NCBI GenBank assembly: GCA_965223705.1
Contig: OZ245015.1
Span: forward strand, 4,448,001 to 4,512,000
DNA: 64,000 nt
Reading direction: 5' to 3'
From: Myxococcota bacterium
GTDB taxonomy: Bacteria > Myxococcota_A > UBA9160 > UBA6930
Under the pieces are notes generated by a model. The model saw only the letters and a list, made by a program, of their open reading frames with translations, had not been told where the DNA came from and searched no databases. How positions within the stretch are numbered: the first letter of the stretch is position 1; each line of letters begins with the position of its first letter. A program made the translations under genes and the position numbers. Below, one piece after another: positions 51,555 to 60,213 of this stretch.

Positions 51555-51949
51555 GACGAGCCCGCGCGCGCGGCTACGGCGTGGTGGAGCGGGTTCGCCT
51601 TCCATGAGAACTCGCCGTCGATCTCCTGAACCTCGAGGGAGATCGCTGTCTCCTGGGCGACGCCTTCTCCTTCCAGAACGGACCTCACAGCGGCGAGGAG
51701 CGTTTCTCCGACGCCTGTTTTCGTCGTGTCATCCCGCCCCCGGCCGATGCGGACGACCACGTCGACGAAACCGTTTCCGGGATGTTCGTCCGCCACGGCG
51801 TAGTCGTCGCAACGGATCGCTCGGGTCCGCGTGCCACCTTTTGGGAAGACGCCGGTCGAAAGCGCGGCCTTGTGCAGGCGCTTCACCAGATCGCCGCGTC
51901 GTAGCGCGTCGTGCAGGTTGGCGGAGTACTGAACCACGAGGTGCGGCAT
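51551..51949 (-). CDS. hpaF: 5-carboxymethyl-2-hydroxymuconate delta-isomerase
   Basis: N-terminal Pro (MPHLVVQYSANL), GVFPKGGTRTRA, RIGRGR. Confidence 0.9.
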   Translation of the reverse strand: MPHLVVQYSANLHDALRRGDLVKRLHKAALSTGVFPKGGTRTRAIRCDDYAVADEHPGNGFVDVVVRIGRGRDDTTKTGVGETLLAAVRSVLEGEGVAQETAISLEVQEIDGEFSWKANPLHHAVAARAGSS

Positions 51950-52005
51950 GAGGTGAGCGCGTTTCTCCAGTGGCTATCATGGTACCAAGAGGTGCGAACC
52001 CAGCC

Positions 52006-52866
52006 ATGCGAATCGTGAGCTTCAACGTTGCAGGTCGAGATGCGTTCGGTGTGCTTCGCGGTGAAGAGGTCATCGATGCCGGCGCGCGCTTCGCGGCCGA
52101 CGTGCCGAGTGTTGTCGACCTCGTCACGAAGTCGAGCGACCCACACTTTCGAGATCGGTTCGCCAACGCGTCATGCGACTTCCGTCTCGACGAGGTCCGC
52201 CTGCGAAAACCGATTCCCCTGCCGGGGAAGTTCCTTTGCGTCGGCGTGAACTATGCGGATCGCAATGCCGAGTACCGCGACGGTGCGGAGCGGCCGCGCT
52301 ATCCGAGCTTGTTCATGCGTACGCCCGATTCGTTGGTCGCGCACGGCGAGCCCATACTCAGGCCGCCCGAATCTGAGCAGCTCGACTACGAGGGGGAGAT
52401 CGGTCTCGTCATCGGCACCGCGGGGCGTCGCATTCCAGAAAGCGAGGCCATGCGTCACGTCGCCGGTGCGACATGCGTCAACGAAGGCAGCGTTCGCGAC
52501 TGGATACGCCACGGGAAATTCAACGTCACCCAGGGGAAGAACTTCGATCGTTCCGGAGCGGTCGGCCCATGGATCGTGACGGCTGACGAACTCGACTTGA
52601 CGGCCCCACTGACGCTGGAAACGAGGGTCAACGGCGCGCGGCGTCAATTCGACACGACGTCGCGCCTCTCCTTTCCGTTCGCGCGTCTCGTGTCGTACAT
52701 CTCCACCTTCACCACGCTCCACCCGGGAGACATGATCGCTACGGGAACCCCAACGGGCGCCGGCGTTCGCCTTTCCCCTCCGCAGTTTCTCGTGCCGGGC
52801 GATGTCGTGGAAATCGAAGTGTCGGGGATCGGCGTGTTGCGCAACGAGGTTGCCGACGAGAGCTAG
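52006..52866 (+). CDS. Fumarylacetoacetate hydrolase family (HpaG-like decarboxylase/isomerase)
   Basis: CVGVNY, LDYEGE, NEGSVRDW, GKNF, GDMIATGTP; divergent from the hpa operon. Confidence 0.88.
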   Translation: MRIVSFNVAGRDAFGVLRGEEVIDAGARFAADVPSVVDLVTKSSDPHFRDRFANASCDFRLDEVRLRKPIPLPGKFLCVGVNYADRNAEYRDGAERPRYPSLFMRTPDSLVAHGEPILRPPESEQLDYEGEIGLVIGTAGRRIPESEAMRHVAGATCVNEGSVRDWIRHGKFNVTQGKNFDRSGAVGPWIVTADELDLTAPLTLETRVNGARRQFDTTSRLSFPFARLVSYISTFTTLHPGDMIATGTPTGAGVRLSPPQFLVPGDVVEIEVSGIGVLRNEVADES

Positions 52867-52920
52867 TCCGTTTGCGAAGGGCGCCGTGATACGAAAAGCT
52901 GCCGCCACCAAGGAGGCTTC

Positions 52921-53298
52921 ATGATCGGTTATGTAACGCTCGGGACCAACGACTTCGAGAAGGCGGCAGCCTTCTACGACGCTCTGCTCGGTGACATCGG
53001 CGCCAAGCGAGCCATGGAAAACGAACGCATCGTGCTGTGGGCGAAAGCGCCGGGAACCCCGATGCTGGCGGTCTGCAAGCCGTTCGACGGCGGTGCCGCG
53101 ACTTCCGGGAACGGCACCATGGTGGGCCTCGCTGCGGAATCGAAGGAACAAGTCGACCAGATCTACGCGAAGGCGATCGAACTCGGAGGGACCGACGAAG
53201 GTCCCCCCGGCCCCCGCGGCGATGACGGTAGCTTCTACGGTGGCTACTTCCGTGACCTCGACGGGAACAAATTCGTCGCGTTCATCTTCGGCGGCTAG
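52921..53298 (+). CDS. VOC/glyoxalase family protein
   Basis: YVTLGTND..FYD, GNGTM, GGTDEGPPG, YFRDLDGNK; AGGAGG RBS. Confidence 0.92.
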   Translation: MIGYVTLGTNDFEKAAAFYDALLGDIGAKRAMENERIVLWAKAPGTPMLAVCKPFDGGAATSGNGTMVGLAAESKEQVDQIYAKAIELGGTDEGPPGPRGDDGSFYGGYFRDLDGNKFVAFIFGG

Positions 53299-53303
53299 TG
53301 CAT

Positions 53304-53335
53304 GATGGCCAGCCGGGGACTACCGGCTGGCCATC
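53304..53335. terminator. Perfect 13-bp hairpin between convergent genes
   Basis: GATGGCCAGCCGG-ggacta-CCGGCTGGCCATC; no clear U-tract. Confidence 0.6.
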
Positions 53336-54049
53336 TCACCCCTCGAGGACCTCGAGCAAGTTGCCGAAGAATGCGTGACAGGCGCGCGCACTCTGCTCGA
53401 AATCGATGACAAAGCCCCGGTCTCCTGGGTTCTGAGTGCGCCACAACCGTCCGTGCTCTTCGCTACAGAAGAAATGCACGCGTTGTCACAAACCATCGAG
53501 CATGTGCGGTTTCGCGCGATCTTCCGCGGTGGCAATCGGATCGAACTCCCGCAAGGTCCGGGTCGCAGGGTGTTCGCTCTCAGCGCTATCCGCGGTCACT
53601 CGAAAATTGAATTCGATGGGTTCGTGGCACTGAGAGCAGCGCGACCACACGTTCGCTTCGGTTCCAACCCCGTACACGACGGGGACGGCAATCGTGCCTC
53701 CCGCTCACATTCCGTCGAGCCGCGCGCCGCGAACCTCGACTTGGTGGTTGCACGGAACGGCCGAGAAGGGATAGAGCGCGAGGATCCGCTCGCCGCTCGG
53801 ATCGAGTTTGAGGGCATCGCGGCGATTGAGTCTGTCGAGCACGTCCCGGACCTCGGTCGGCGCGAGATCCGTTGCGTCCTGTATCGATTCGGCGCTGGGA
53901 ACCGCACCGCGACCGAGCTCTTCGATCGCCGCGCGACAGCAAGCTCGCTCTCCCGGGGTCATGTTCTCGAGGAAGCGGATGCGAGCGTCCAACAGCGGCT
54001 GGAAGTGCGCGGCAAAACCACGCGGATAGTCGTCCGGATCCATGCGCAT
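53336..54049 (-). CDS. MerB-like organometal lyase, predicted selenoprotein with two Sec (U115, U188), 237 aa
   Basis: One frame through TGA 53707-53705 and TGA 53488-53486: wHTH..YPFSAVPCNHQV..LDGM-U-AGG..SRCSQCHEPI..GL-U-QRVHFFCSEEH..W; GGAGA RBS before ATG 54049; SECIS-like hairpins follow both TGAs. Confidence 0.85.
53444..53485 (-). promoter_or_regulatory. Candidate SECIS element for the second UGA
   Basis: CAAC-g-CGUGC-auu-UCUUC-[UGUAGC]-GAAGA-GCACG-gacg-GUUG; loop starts 19 nt after the UGA, G at loop position 2. Confidence 0.7.
53664..53688 (-). promoter_or_regulatory. Candidate SECIS element for the first UGA
   Basis: CCG-U-CCCCGU-[CGUGU]-ACGGGG-U-UGG; loop starts 27 nt after the UGA, G at loop position 2. 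Confidence 0.6.
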
Positions 54050-54146
54050 CGTGGTCTCCCTGCGCTGGGCGCGCGCAATGCGTTGCTCGCTCAGCTCGTC
54101 TCAAGATACGATACCGTTCCAATCCCCCGAACTGGAGACTCCGCAG

Positions 54147-54437
54147 ATGCCCGCTTATTTCGTCGCGATTTCGAAAGTGAAAGACCAGGAAAAGCTGCAG
54201 GAATACGCCGCCCAGGCCGGTCCGACGTTGGGCGCACACGGCGCCAAGGTCTTGGCGCGCGGTGGCATCGCCGAGGCGTTGGTGGGCACCAAGTCTGGGG
54301 ACGCCGTGCTCGTCGCGGAGTTCCCGAGCGCCGACGCGATTCGCACTTGGTACAACTCGCCGGAGTACCAGGCGGCGATCCCCACCCGCGAGAAAGCGAT
54401 GGACGCGAACTTCCTGATCGTGGAGCCGCCGGCCTAG
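54147..54437 (+). CDS. DUF1330 family protein
   Basis: MPAYFV..Y..HGAKVLARGG..EFPS..WYNSPEYQ; GGAG RBS. Confidence 0.92.
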   Translation: MPAYFVAISKVKDQEKLQEYAAQAGPTLGAHGAKVLARGGIAEALVGTKSGDAVLVAEFPSADAIRTWYNSPEYQAAIPTREKAMDANFLIVEPPA

Positions 54438-54469
54438 CGGTCACGGCGTCGGCTCAGCCGACGCCACCC

Positions 54470-54582
54470 CCTTCGCTCGCCTTCGGCTCACTGCGCGCTC
54501 CTTTCGCGCTTCGCGCGAAACTCGCTTGCGATTCCCGGAGATTCGCGCGAATTCGCTCGCGCTCTGCCCGGGTTCGCGCGCG
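54470..54582. repeat. Palindrome-rich intergenic segment (REP-like)
   Basis: TTTCGCGC-ttc-GCGCGAAA (54502-54520) and ATTCGCGCGAAT (54541-54552), between convergent genes. Confidence 0.4.
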
Positions 54583-55290
54583 CTAGCCGTACTGGAATTC
54601 GGGGTAGAGCAGGTTGACGGCCTGCACGAAGCCGACGTCCCAGATTGCGCCGATAAGTTGCCAGGCGATCAAGATCCCGACGATCGCGATCGTCGGGTTC
54701 CGCATCCATTCCCGGTAGTGCGTCATCCACGCCTCGGGCAAGACCAACGGCAGTGCGCCGCTTCCGTCGAGCGGCGGCAGGGGAATCAGGTTGAGCAGTA
54801 GCAGCAAGAGGTTCATCGAAAAGAAGACGCTGAGAACAAACGCCGCACTGGCCGCGAACCCCGCGTCGCGAGCGGCTACGACTCGGTCGAAGACGACCGA
54901 GTCGGGTGCGTAAAACGCATCACCGGCGACGCCGACGCGAATCGCAACACCCATCGCGATGAGCAGCAACAAGTTCGCTCCGGGCCCGGCCAGCGACATC
55001 CACGCGGCGCGTTTTGGATAACGTTCTGCCCACACGGGATCATAGGGGGCGCTTGCGAAACCGAGCGGCCAGCCGGAAACGATCACGGAAAGAATCGGCA
55101 GAATCACCATGCCGAAGGGCTCGCGGCGGATGTGCGGCATCGGATCGATCGACACCTGGCCGCCGCGGTACGCGGTGAGATCTCCGCCGCGTTTCGCGGC
55201 CCAGGCGTGCGCGGCCTCATGCAACGTCGCGGAAAAGAGGAACGCGACGTAGTAGACGATTGCCGAGAGGATGTCGGTTGAGGCGATCAG
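54583..55290 (-). CDS. Site-2 protease (M50) family metalloprotease
   Basis: HEAAH, AGPGAN, NLIPLPPLDG; the frame extends to CTG 55290 and includes the TM segment preceding HExxH. Confidence 0.88.
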   Translation of the reverse strand: MIASTDILSAIVYYVAFLFSATLHEAAHAWAAKRGGDLTAYRGGQVSIDPMPHIRREPFGMVILPILSVIVSGWPLGFASAPYDPVWAERYPKRAAWMSLAGPGANLLLLIAMGVAIRVGVAGDAFYAPDSVVFDRVVAARDAGFAASAAFVLSVFFSMNLLLLLLNLIPLPPLDGSGALPLVLPEAWMTHYREWMRNPTIAIVGILIAWQLIGAIWDVGFVQAVNLLYPEFQYG

Positions 55291-55357
55291 TGGGTTCGCT
55301 CCGGCGCGTCAAGCTAACCGCCTTGCCTCCGCTCGTCGAAGACCCGAAAATCTCGGA

Positions 55358-56557
55358 ATGCCCTCACCGGTGGTCGACCTGTCCGATCCGGCATCTTTCC
55401 GCGACGGATTCCCTCACGAATCGTTCGTCTGGCTGCGCCGCGAAGCCCCGCTTTTTTGGCACGAACCGACCGAGAAAACGCCCGACGGCGAAGGCTTCTG
55501 GGTGTTCAGCCGGTACGAGGACGTCCGTGAGATCTTCCTGGATCCGAAACGGTTCTCGTCCGAAACCGGTGGTCACCGCGAGCTCGGCGGCACGCAGATC
55601 AAGGATGACCGCGGTGCGGGTGTGATGGTGAACAACACCGACGACCCGCGGCATCGCCACATGCGGAGTCTCGTCAACACGGGCTTCACGCCCCGCATGA
55701 TCGGTCGCATGGAAGGCGAGCTGCGCGAGCGCATCCGCCGCATTCTCTCGAACATCCCCGAAGGCGAGCCGTTCGACTTCCTCGAACGCGTGGCCCGAGA
55801 ACTACCGCTGCAAGCGATCTGCTCCATTCTCGGTGTTCCGCAGTCGGACAGAACGATGCTTTGCGACTGGGTCGACGAGGGCATCGAAGCCGACACCGGG
55901 GAAGTCATCGCCGCCTCGGCCCATCGAAAACTCGGGAGCTACGTGCGGACACTCATCGATCAAAAGCGCGCGGCGCCGAGCGACGACATCCTGTCGGTCA
56001 TCGTTCACGCGGAAATCGACGGCGAACGGCTCTCCGATCGCCAGCTTCGCGCGTTTTTCAGTCTGCTCTTCCCCGCCGGCGCCGAGACGACGCGAAGCGC
56101 CATCGCCGGGGGACTCCTCGCGCTGATCGAGCACCCGGAGGCGTGGGATCGACTCAAGAATCAACCGGATGTGCTCTCAACGGCCATCGAGGAAATCATT
56201 CGCTGGACGACCCCCTCGACCTACAAGCGTCGAACCGCGACCGAGAACGTCGAGAAGTACGGCGAGAAGATTCGCGTTGGGGACAAAGTGACGATCTGGG
56301 AGGCGTCCGCGAACCGCGACGAAAGCGTGTTCCCCGATCCCTTCCGCTTCGACGTCACCCGTACGCCGAACCACCACGTGGGCTTCGGGCACGGCGTCCA
56401 TTTCTGTCTCGGCGCACACCTCGCACGCTTGGAGCTCCGCATCACGTTGGAAGAAATCTTGGCCCGCTACGAGCGCTTCGAGCTCGCCGGCGCGCCGGTC
56501 TACCGCCCCAACAATCGACTGGTCGGCCTCAAGGCACTTCCGGTACGCGCGCTGTAA
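55358..56557 (+). CDS. Cytochrome P450
   Basis: AGAETT, EEIIR, FGHGVHFCLGAHLAR. Confidence 0.95.
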   Translation: MPSPVVDLSDPASFRDGFPHESFVWLRREAPLFWHEPTEKTPDGEGFWVFSRYEDVREIFLDPKRFSSETGGHRELGGTQIKDDRGAGVMVNNTDDPRHRHMRSLVNTGFTPRMIGRMEGELRERIRRILSNIPEGEPFDFLERVARELPLQAICSILGVPQSDRTMLCDWVDEGIEADTGEVIAASAHRKLGSYVRTLIDQKRAAPSDDILSVIVHAEIDGERLSDRQLRAFFSLLFPAGAETTRSAIAGGLLALIEHPEAWDRLKNQPDVLSTAIEEIIRWTTPSTYKRRTATENVEKYGEKIRVGDKVTIWEASANRDESVFPDPFRFDVTRTPNHHVGFGHGVHFCLGAHLARLELRITLEEILARYERFELAGAPVYRPNNRLVGLKALPVRAL

Positions 56558-57719
56558 GTCGCGCGGACCGTCGCATCCGGGCCATCAGAAGAATCGCGAA
56601 GACCGAAGCCGACGCGGCGATACCGAACATCGTCGGGTAACCGAAGCCCGACGCCACCGGGCCCATCCCGACGCTTCCGATGGTGAAACCGACGTTGAAA
56701 GCGCCATTGTAGAGTGCCATCACGGTCGCCCGAACCTGGGAAGAACTCCATTCGACCGCCAGCGCGTTGAGGGCCGGATAGTAGAGTCCCTGCGCGGAGC
56801 CGAGCAAAACACCCGGGAGAATGAGTCCGACCCGACCGATCTCCATCACGAGGAGCGGCGCCAGCCCGTAGACCGACATCGCGCCGATCGCCACGGCGAG
56901 TCGTCCGACGCGATCCGCCAATCCTCCGGCCACCAGGCGGATACCGGCGGAAGCGCAGGCGTAGGAAATGAAGAACAGACCGACGTTTTCGAATCCGGAA
57001 TCGATCGCCCAGGGCGACGCGAACGTGATGCACGCACCGAACAGCAACCCTGCCAGCGCCGATACCAACCACACGGGCCGAAGCTTGGCGATGCGCAGAA
57101 CATCGCGGAACGGCGACGCCACGGTTTCCGCGCGGTGGGTCGGAGCCGCGAGTCGCGTACCGACCACGGCGGCACCGGCCGCGAAGGCCGCCGTCCCCCA
57201 AAAGACAGCCTCCCAGCCGTAGCGGACTGCGAGGGGTTCGGCGATTGCGGGCGAAATCGCGTTGGTGGCGACCATGGTCGCGCCAAACCAACCGATGGCT
57301 TGCGACAGACGGGACGGAGGCGCGAGATCCGTCGCGAGTGTCGACGCCGCGACGAAGAAGAAGCTGAACCCGAAGCCTTGGAGAATTCGCGCTCCAAAGA
57401 GCAGTGGGCCGACGTCGTCGGCGATCGTGAACAATACGCAGCCGACGATCATCGCCACGGCGCCGCTGAAGAGGAAACGCCGGCGCCCGAGCCGATCGAT
57501 CAGTGTTCCGGTCACGGGCACGCACAACACACTCGTGGTCCAGGCGATGCCGGATACCCAGCCGATCGTCGTCGGGTCCGCACCCAGCTCCGTCTGCAAA
57601 TACTTCGGGAGTAGGAAGTACGTCGAAAACGAGAGGCCGAAGAGCGCCTGCGCTGTCAGCAACATCACGAAGCGCGGTGACAGCACCCGCTCCTGCGTAT
57701 CGCCGGTGGTGTTTTCCAT
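56529..57719 (-). CDS. MFS transporter
   Basis: Motif A GTLIDRLGRR and GGLADRVGR; about 12 TM segments. Confidence 0.9.
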   Translation of the reverse strand: MENTTGDTQERVLSPRFVMLLTAQALFGLSFSTYFLLPKYLQTELGADPTTIGWVSGIAWTTSVLCVPVTGTLIDRLGRRRFLFSGAVAMIVGCVLFTIADDVGPLLFGARILQGFGFSFFFVAASTLATDLAPPSRLSQAIGWFGATMVATNAISPAIAEPLAVRYGWEAVFWGTAAFAAGAAVVGTRLAAPTHRAETVASPFRDVLRIAKLRPVWLVSALAGLLFGACITFASPWAIDSGFENVGLFFISYACASAGIRLVAGGLADRVGRLAVAIGAMSVYGLAPLLVMEIGRVGLILPGVLLGSAQGLYYPALNALAVEWSSSQVRATVMALYNGAFNVGFTIGSVGMGPVASGFGYPTMFGIAASASVFAILLMARMRRSARLTARVPEVP

Positions 57720-57865
57720 GGAGAACCCTCGTCTCGGGCCTCGAAACAACACGTTCCGGCCGCTGGCGCGCCTGTCGAAGTAGCACACAGCGCGCCTGGG
57801 CCAAGGCAGCGCCCGGATTCAAGCGGCCGGCGCGAGCGGTCGAAACCTCCTCGGGGAGGATCCAC

Positions 57866-58282
57866 ATGGGTCTGTTCTGGCGCCGCAGTGCTCGCTCTGC
57901 GGCCAAAGCGCATCGGAACCCTCGGGACAACACGCGTGTGCAGCCCGCTCGAGGTGCACCGGTCGCCGTTCACGTGTTGGGGCGCGATTCCCTCGACATC
58001 CTATCCGCGCGCGACATCAGCCAGACAGGTATCGGCGTTTTCGTGCCGCACCGATTCGAGGGTTGCGATATCGCGAGCGAGGTCGAGCTCGTCGTGAAGC
58101 TCCCCGGCCACCGGACCTTCCTGGCGCGGGGCCAGGTCAAGCACCAGAACGAAGAGGCCGAGGCGTCGCCCTTCTTCGGTGTCGAGTTTACAGACGTCCC
58201 CACCGAGGGCCGGAAGCGACTCCAGTCCTACATCGCGAGCCGCCTCGACGAAGCGCGCGAACAACGCAAGGCGGCGGGCTGA
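57866..58282 (+). CDS. PilZ domain protein
   Basis: RDNTR, DISQTG, FGVEF. Confidence 0.82.
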   Translation: MGLFWRRSARSAAKAHRNPRDNTRVQPARGAPVAVHVLGRDSLDILSARDISQTGIGVFVPHRFEGCDIASEVELVVKLPGHRTFLARGQVKHQNEEAEASPFFGVEFTDVPTEGRKRLQSYIASRLDEAREQRKAAG

Positions 58283-58288
58283 CGCGAC

Positions 58289-59548
58289 CTAGGCGGGGGC
58301 TGCCACAGCGCGACCCCGCGAACGCCCTCGCGACTTCGAACGGCGGCGATGATCCGGGCGGTTCTTGGGGAGCGGATCTTTCGAAGCGGCCACGCGCGGC
58401 GCCGCTTCTCGTGCAATCTCCCTGCGGATCAGCCGCTCGATGCCGGCCAGCGCGGAACGTTCATCTCGGGCGCATAGCGTCAAGGCGATTCCGCTGGCTC
58501 CAGCGCGCCCTGTGCGACCGATGCGATGGACGTATGTCTCCGGCTCGGTGGGCAAGTCGTAGTTCACGACCGTATCGATGTTCTCGACGTGGATACCGCG
58601 CGCCGCGACGTCCGTCGCGACGAGCACCGGGGTCCCGCCGGTTCGGAAATCTTCCAGCGTCCGCACCCGTGTCGTCTGCGCTTTGTCTCCGTGGATCGCC
58701 GCGGCCTTGAAGCCCTGGCGCGTGAGACTCTTCGCGAGACGATCCGCTCGGCGTTTCGTGCGTGTGAAGACCAGGGTGCGAGCCGATGTCGCGTCGCTGA
58801 GCAATTTGACCAGCACGCCGAGTTTGTAGGGCCCTTCGACAAAGAGCGCTTTTTGCTCGATCGGCTCGACCGTCGACGCGATGGGATCCACCGCGATCTC
58901 GATGGGCTTGTACAAAAGACGAGCTGCGAGCTGTCGAATCTCTCGCGGTTGCGTCGCCGAGAACAGCAGCGTTTGCCGCTTTTTCGGAAGCGCTTCGGTG
59001 ACGCGACGAACGTCGGGCAGGAAACCCATGTCGAGCATGCGGTCCGCCTCATCGAGGACGTACATCTCAACGTGGGAGAGATCTACGACACCGTCCTGCA
59101 TCAAGTCGAGTAGGCGCCCCGGTGTCGCGACCAAGACGTCGATACCGCGCTTGAGCGCATCGACCTGGGGGCGCTTGCCGACGCCCCCGAACACAACCGC
59201 ACAGCGGATGCGATCGCCCGGGTAGTAACTGTTGAAGCTCTCGGCGACTTGCGCGGCCAGCTCTCGAGTCGGTGTCAACACGAGCGCGCGGATCGGTCGA
59301 TTCCGCTCGGGTTCGATGCACAGGAGCTCGTCCAAGATGGGCAGCGCAAAAGCCGCGGTCTTTCCGGTGCCGGTTTGCGCCGAGGCCAAGAGGTCGCGCG
59401 CCTCGAGGGCGTGCGGAATGGCCGCGCGTTGGATCGGGGTGGGCTCCGTGAAGCCCAGTTGTTTCAGGTTGGAAAGCAATTCGGGGTCGAGGTCCAGGTC
59501 CTCGAACCCTCGCCCTGTCGGGGCGTTTGGGGTTGTCTCGATGGTCAA
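58289..59548 (-). CDS. DEAD-box RNA helicase (RhlE-like)
   Basis: PTPIQ, AQTGTGKT, PTRELA, TPGRL, DEAD, SAT, HRIGRTGR. Confidence 0.96.
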   Translation of the reverse strand: MTIETTPNAPTGRGFEDLDLDPELLSNLKQLGFTEPTPIQRAAIPHALEARDLLASAQTGTGKTAAFALPILDELLCIEPERNRPIRALVLTPTRELAAQVAESFNSYYPGDRIRCAVVFGGVGKRPQVDALKRGIDVLVATPGRLLDLMQDGVVDLSHVEMYVLDEADRMLDMGFLPDVRRVTEALPKKRQTLLFSATQPREIRQLAARLLYKPIEIAVDPIASTVEPIEQKALFVEGPYKLGVLVKLLSDATSARTLVFTRTKRRADRLAKSLTRQGFKAAAIHGDKAQTTRVRTLEDFRTGGTPVLVATDVAARGIHVENIDTVVNYDLPTEPETYVHRIGRTGRAGASGIALTLCARDERSALAGIERLIRREIAREAAPRVAASKDPLPKNRPDHRRRSKSRGRSRGRAVAAPA

Positions 59549-59715
59549 ATTGAGTGTCCTGTTGGTACGTGCCGCTGGCGGGAGAGAAAGGCCCGCTCTC
59601 GGAGGGCGGCGGGTAATCCGCTCGGGCGGTGATGCCCGGCGAGGCGGCTCCTCATCGAAGCCGCCGGGAACATACGCAACATCGGCCCGTCGCGCCTTCG
59701 ACCTGAGTCCGACCC

Positions 59716-60213
59716 CTAGTTGACCGCTTCTTCGGGGCGCCGTTGCTCGGACTCATACAGCGCTTCCAGGCGGGCCGCCGTGTCGGGATCCAGCGGATTG
59801 AAGCGCACACCCATCCCCGGCGTGCCCGCTTCCCCGTCGTCGAGGTTCACGTGGTTCGCGACCACGACGCCCTCCACGGAGAGGGGTTCCTTTTCATCGA
59901 CCAGGAGCAGCTTCAACGCCACCGTCGACCCCACGGGGAGGGGTGCCAGGGTTCGGATGAACACGCCGCCTTTCGAGAGATTCGTCACCACGGACGACGC
60001 GGAGCCGCTTTGTCCGACTACCGAGCAGACGAGGTGCGTGGGGACCCGAAGCGATGCGCGACGGTCGGGCTTCTGCCCCGTCATCCGGTCGAGAGCGTCT
60101 TTGTAGTGCGCCCAGCGCTCGAGGTCCGGTACCGACAGGCCGCCGTTCTTTCGGCGCTTTTCGAGATTCGTGAACAGACGCAGTAAGTTGAGAGCATTGG
60201 CCATCGTGGGCAC
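59716..60213 (-). CDS. PilZ domain protein (myxobacterial-type)
   Basis: RRASLR, NLSKGGVFI, PGMGVRF; start may be ATG 60204. Confidence 0.82.
   Translation of the reverse strand: MPTMANALNLLRLFTNLEKRRKNGGLSVPDLERWAHYKDALDRMTGQKPDRRASLRVPTHLVCSVVGQSGSASSVVTNLSKGGVFIRTLAPLPVGSTVALKLLLVDEKEPLSVEGVVVANHVNLDDGEAGTPGMGVRFNPLDPDTAARLEALYESEQRRPEEAVN

Noticed and set aside
53304..53338. Third TGA plus hairpin as another Sec site
   Set aside because: It lies where MerB homology ends, readthrough would run antisense into the VOC gene, and the perfect hairpin fits a terminator between convergent genes.
53336..54049. Reading the MerB-like locus as a pseudogene or as two small ORFs
   Set aside because: Both interruptions are TGA, in frame, at catalytic Cys columns, with downstream hairpins and no frameshifts; the RBS and C-terminal motifs are intact.
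53375..54586. 403-aa plus-strand ORF
   Set aside because: Shadow frame: antisense to the MerB-like gene and out of frame over DUF1330, with no motifs.
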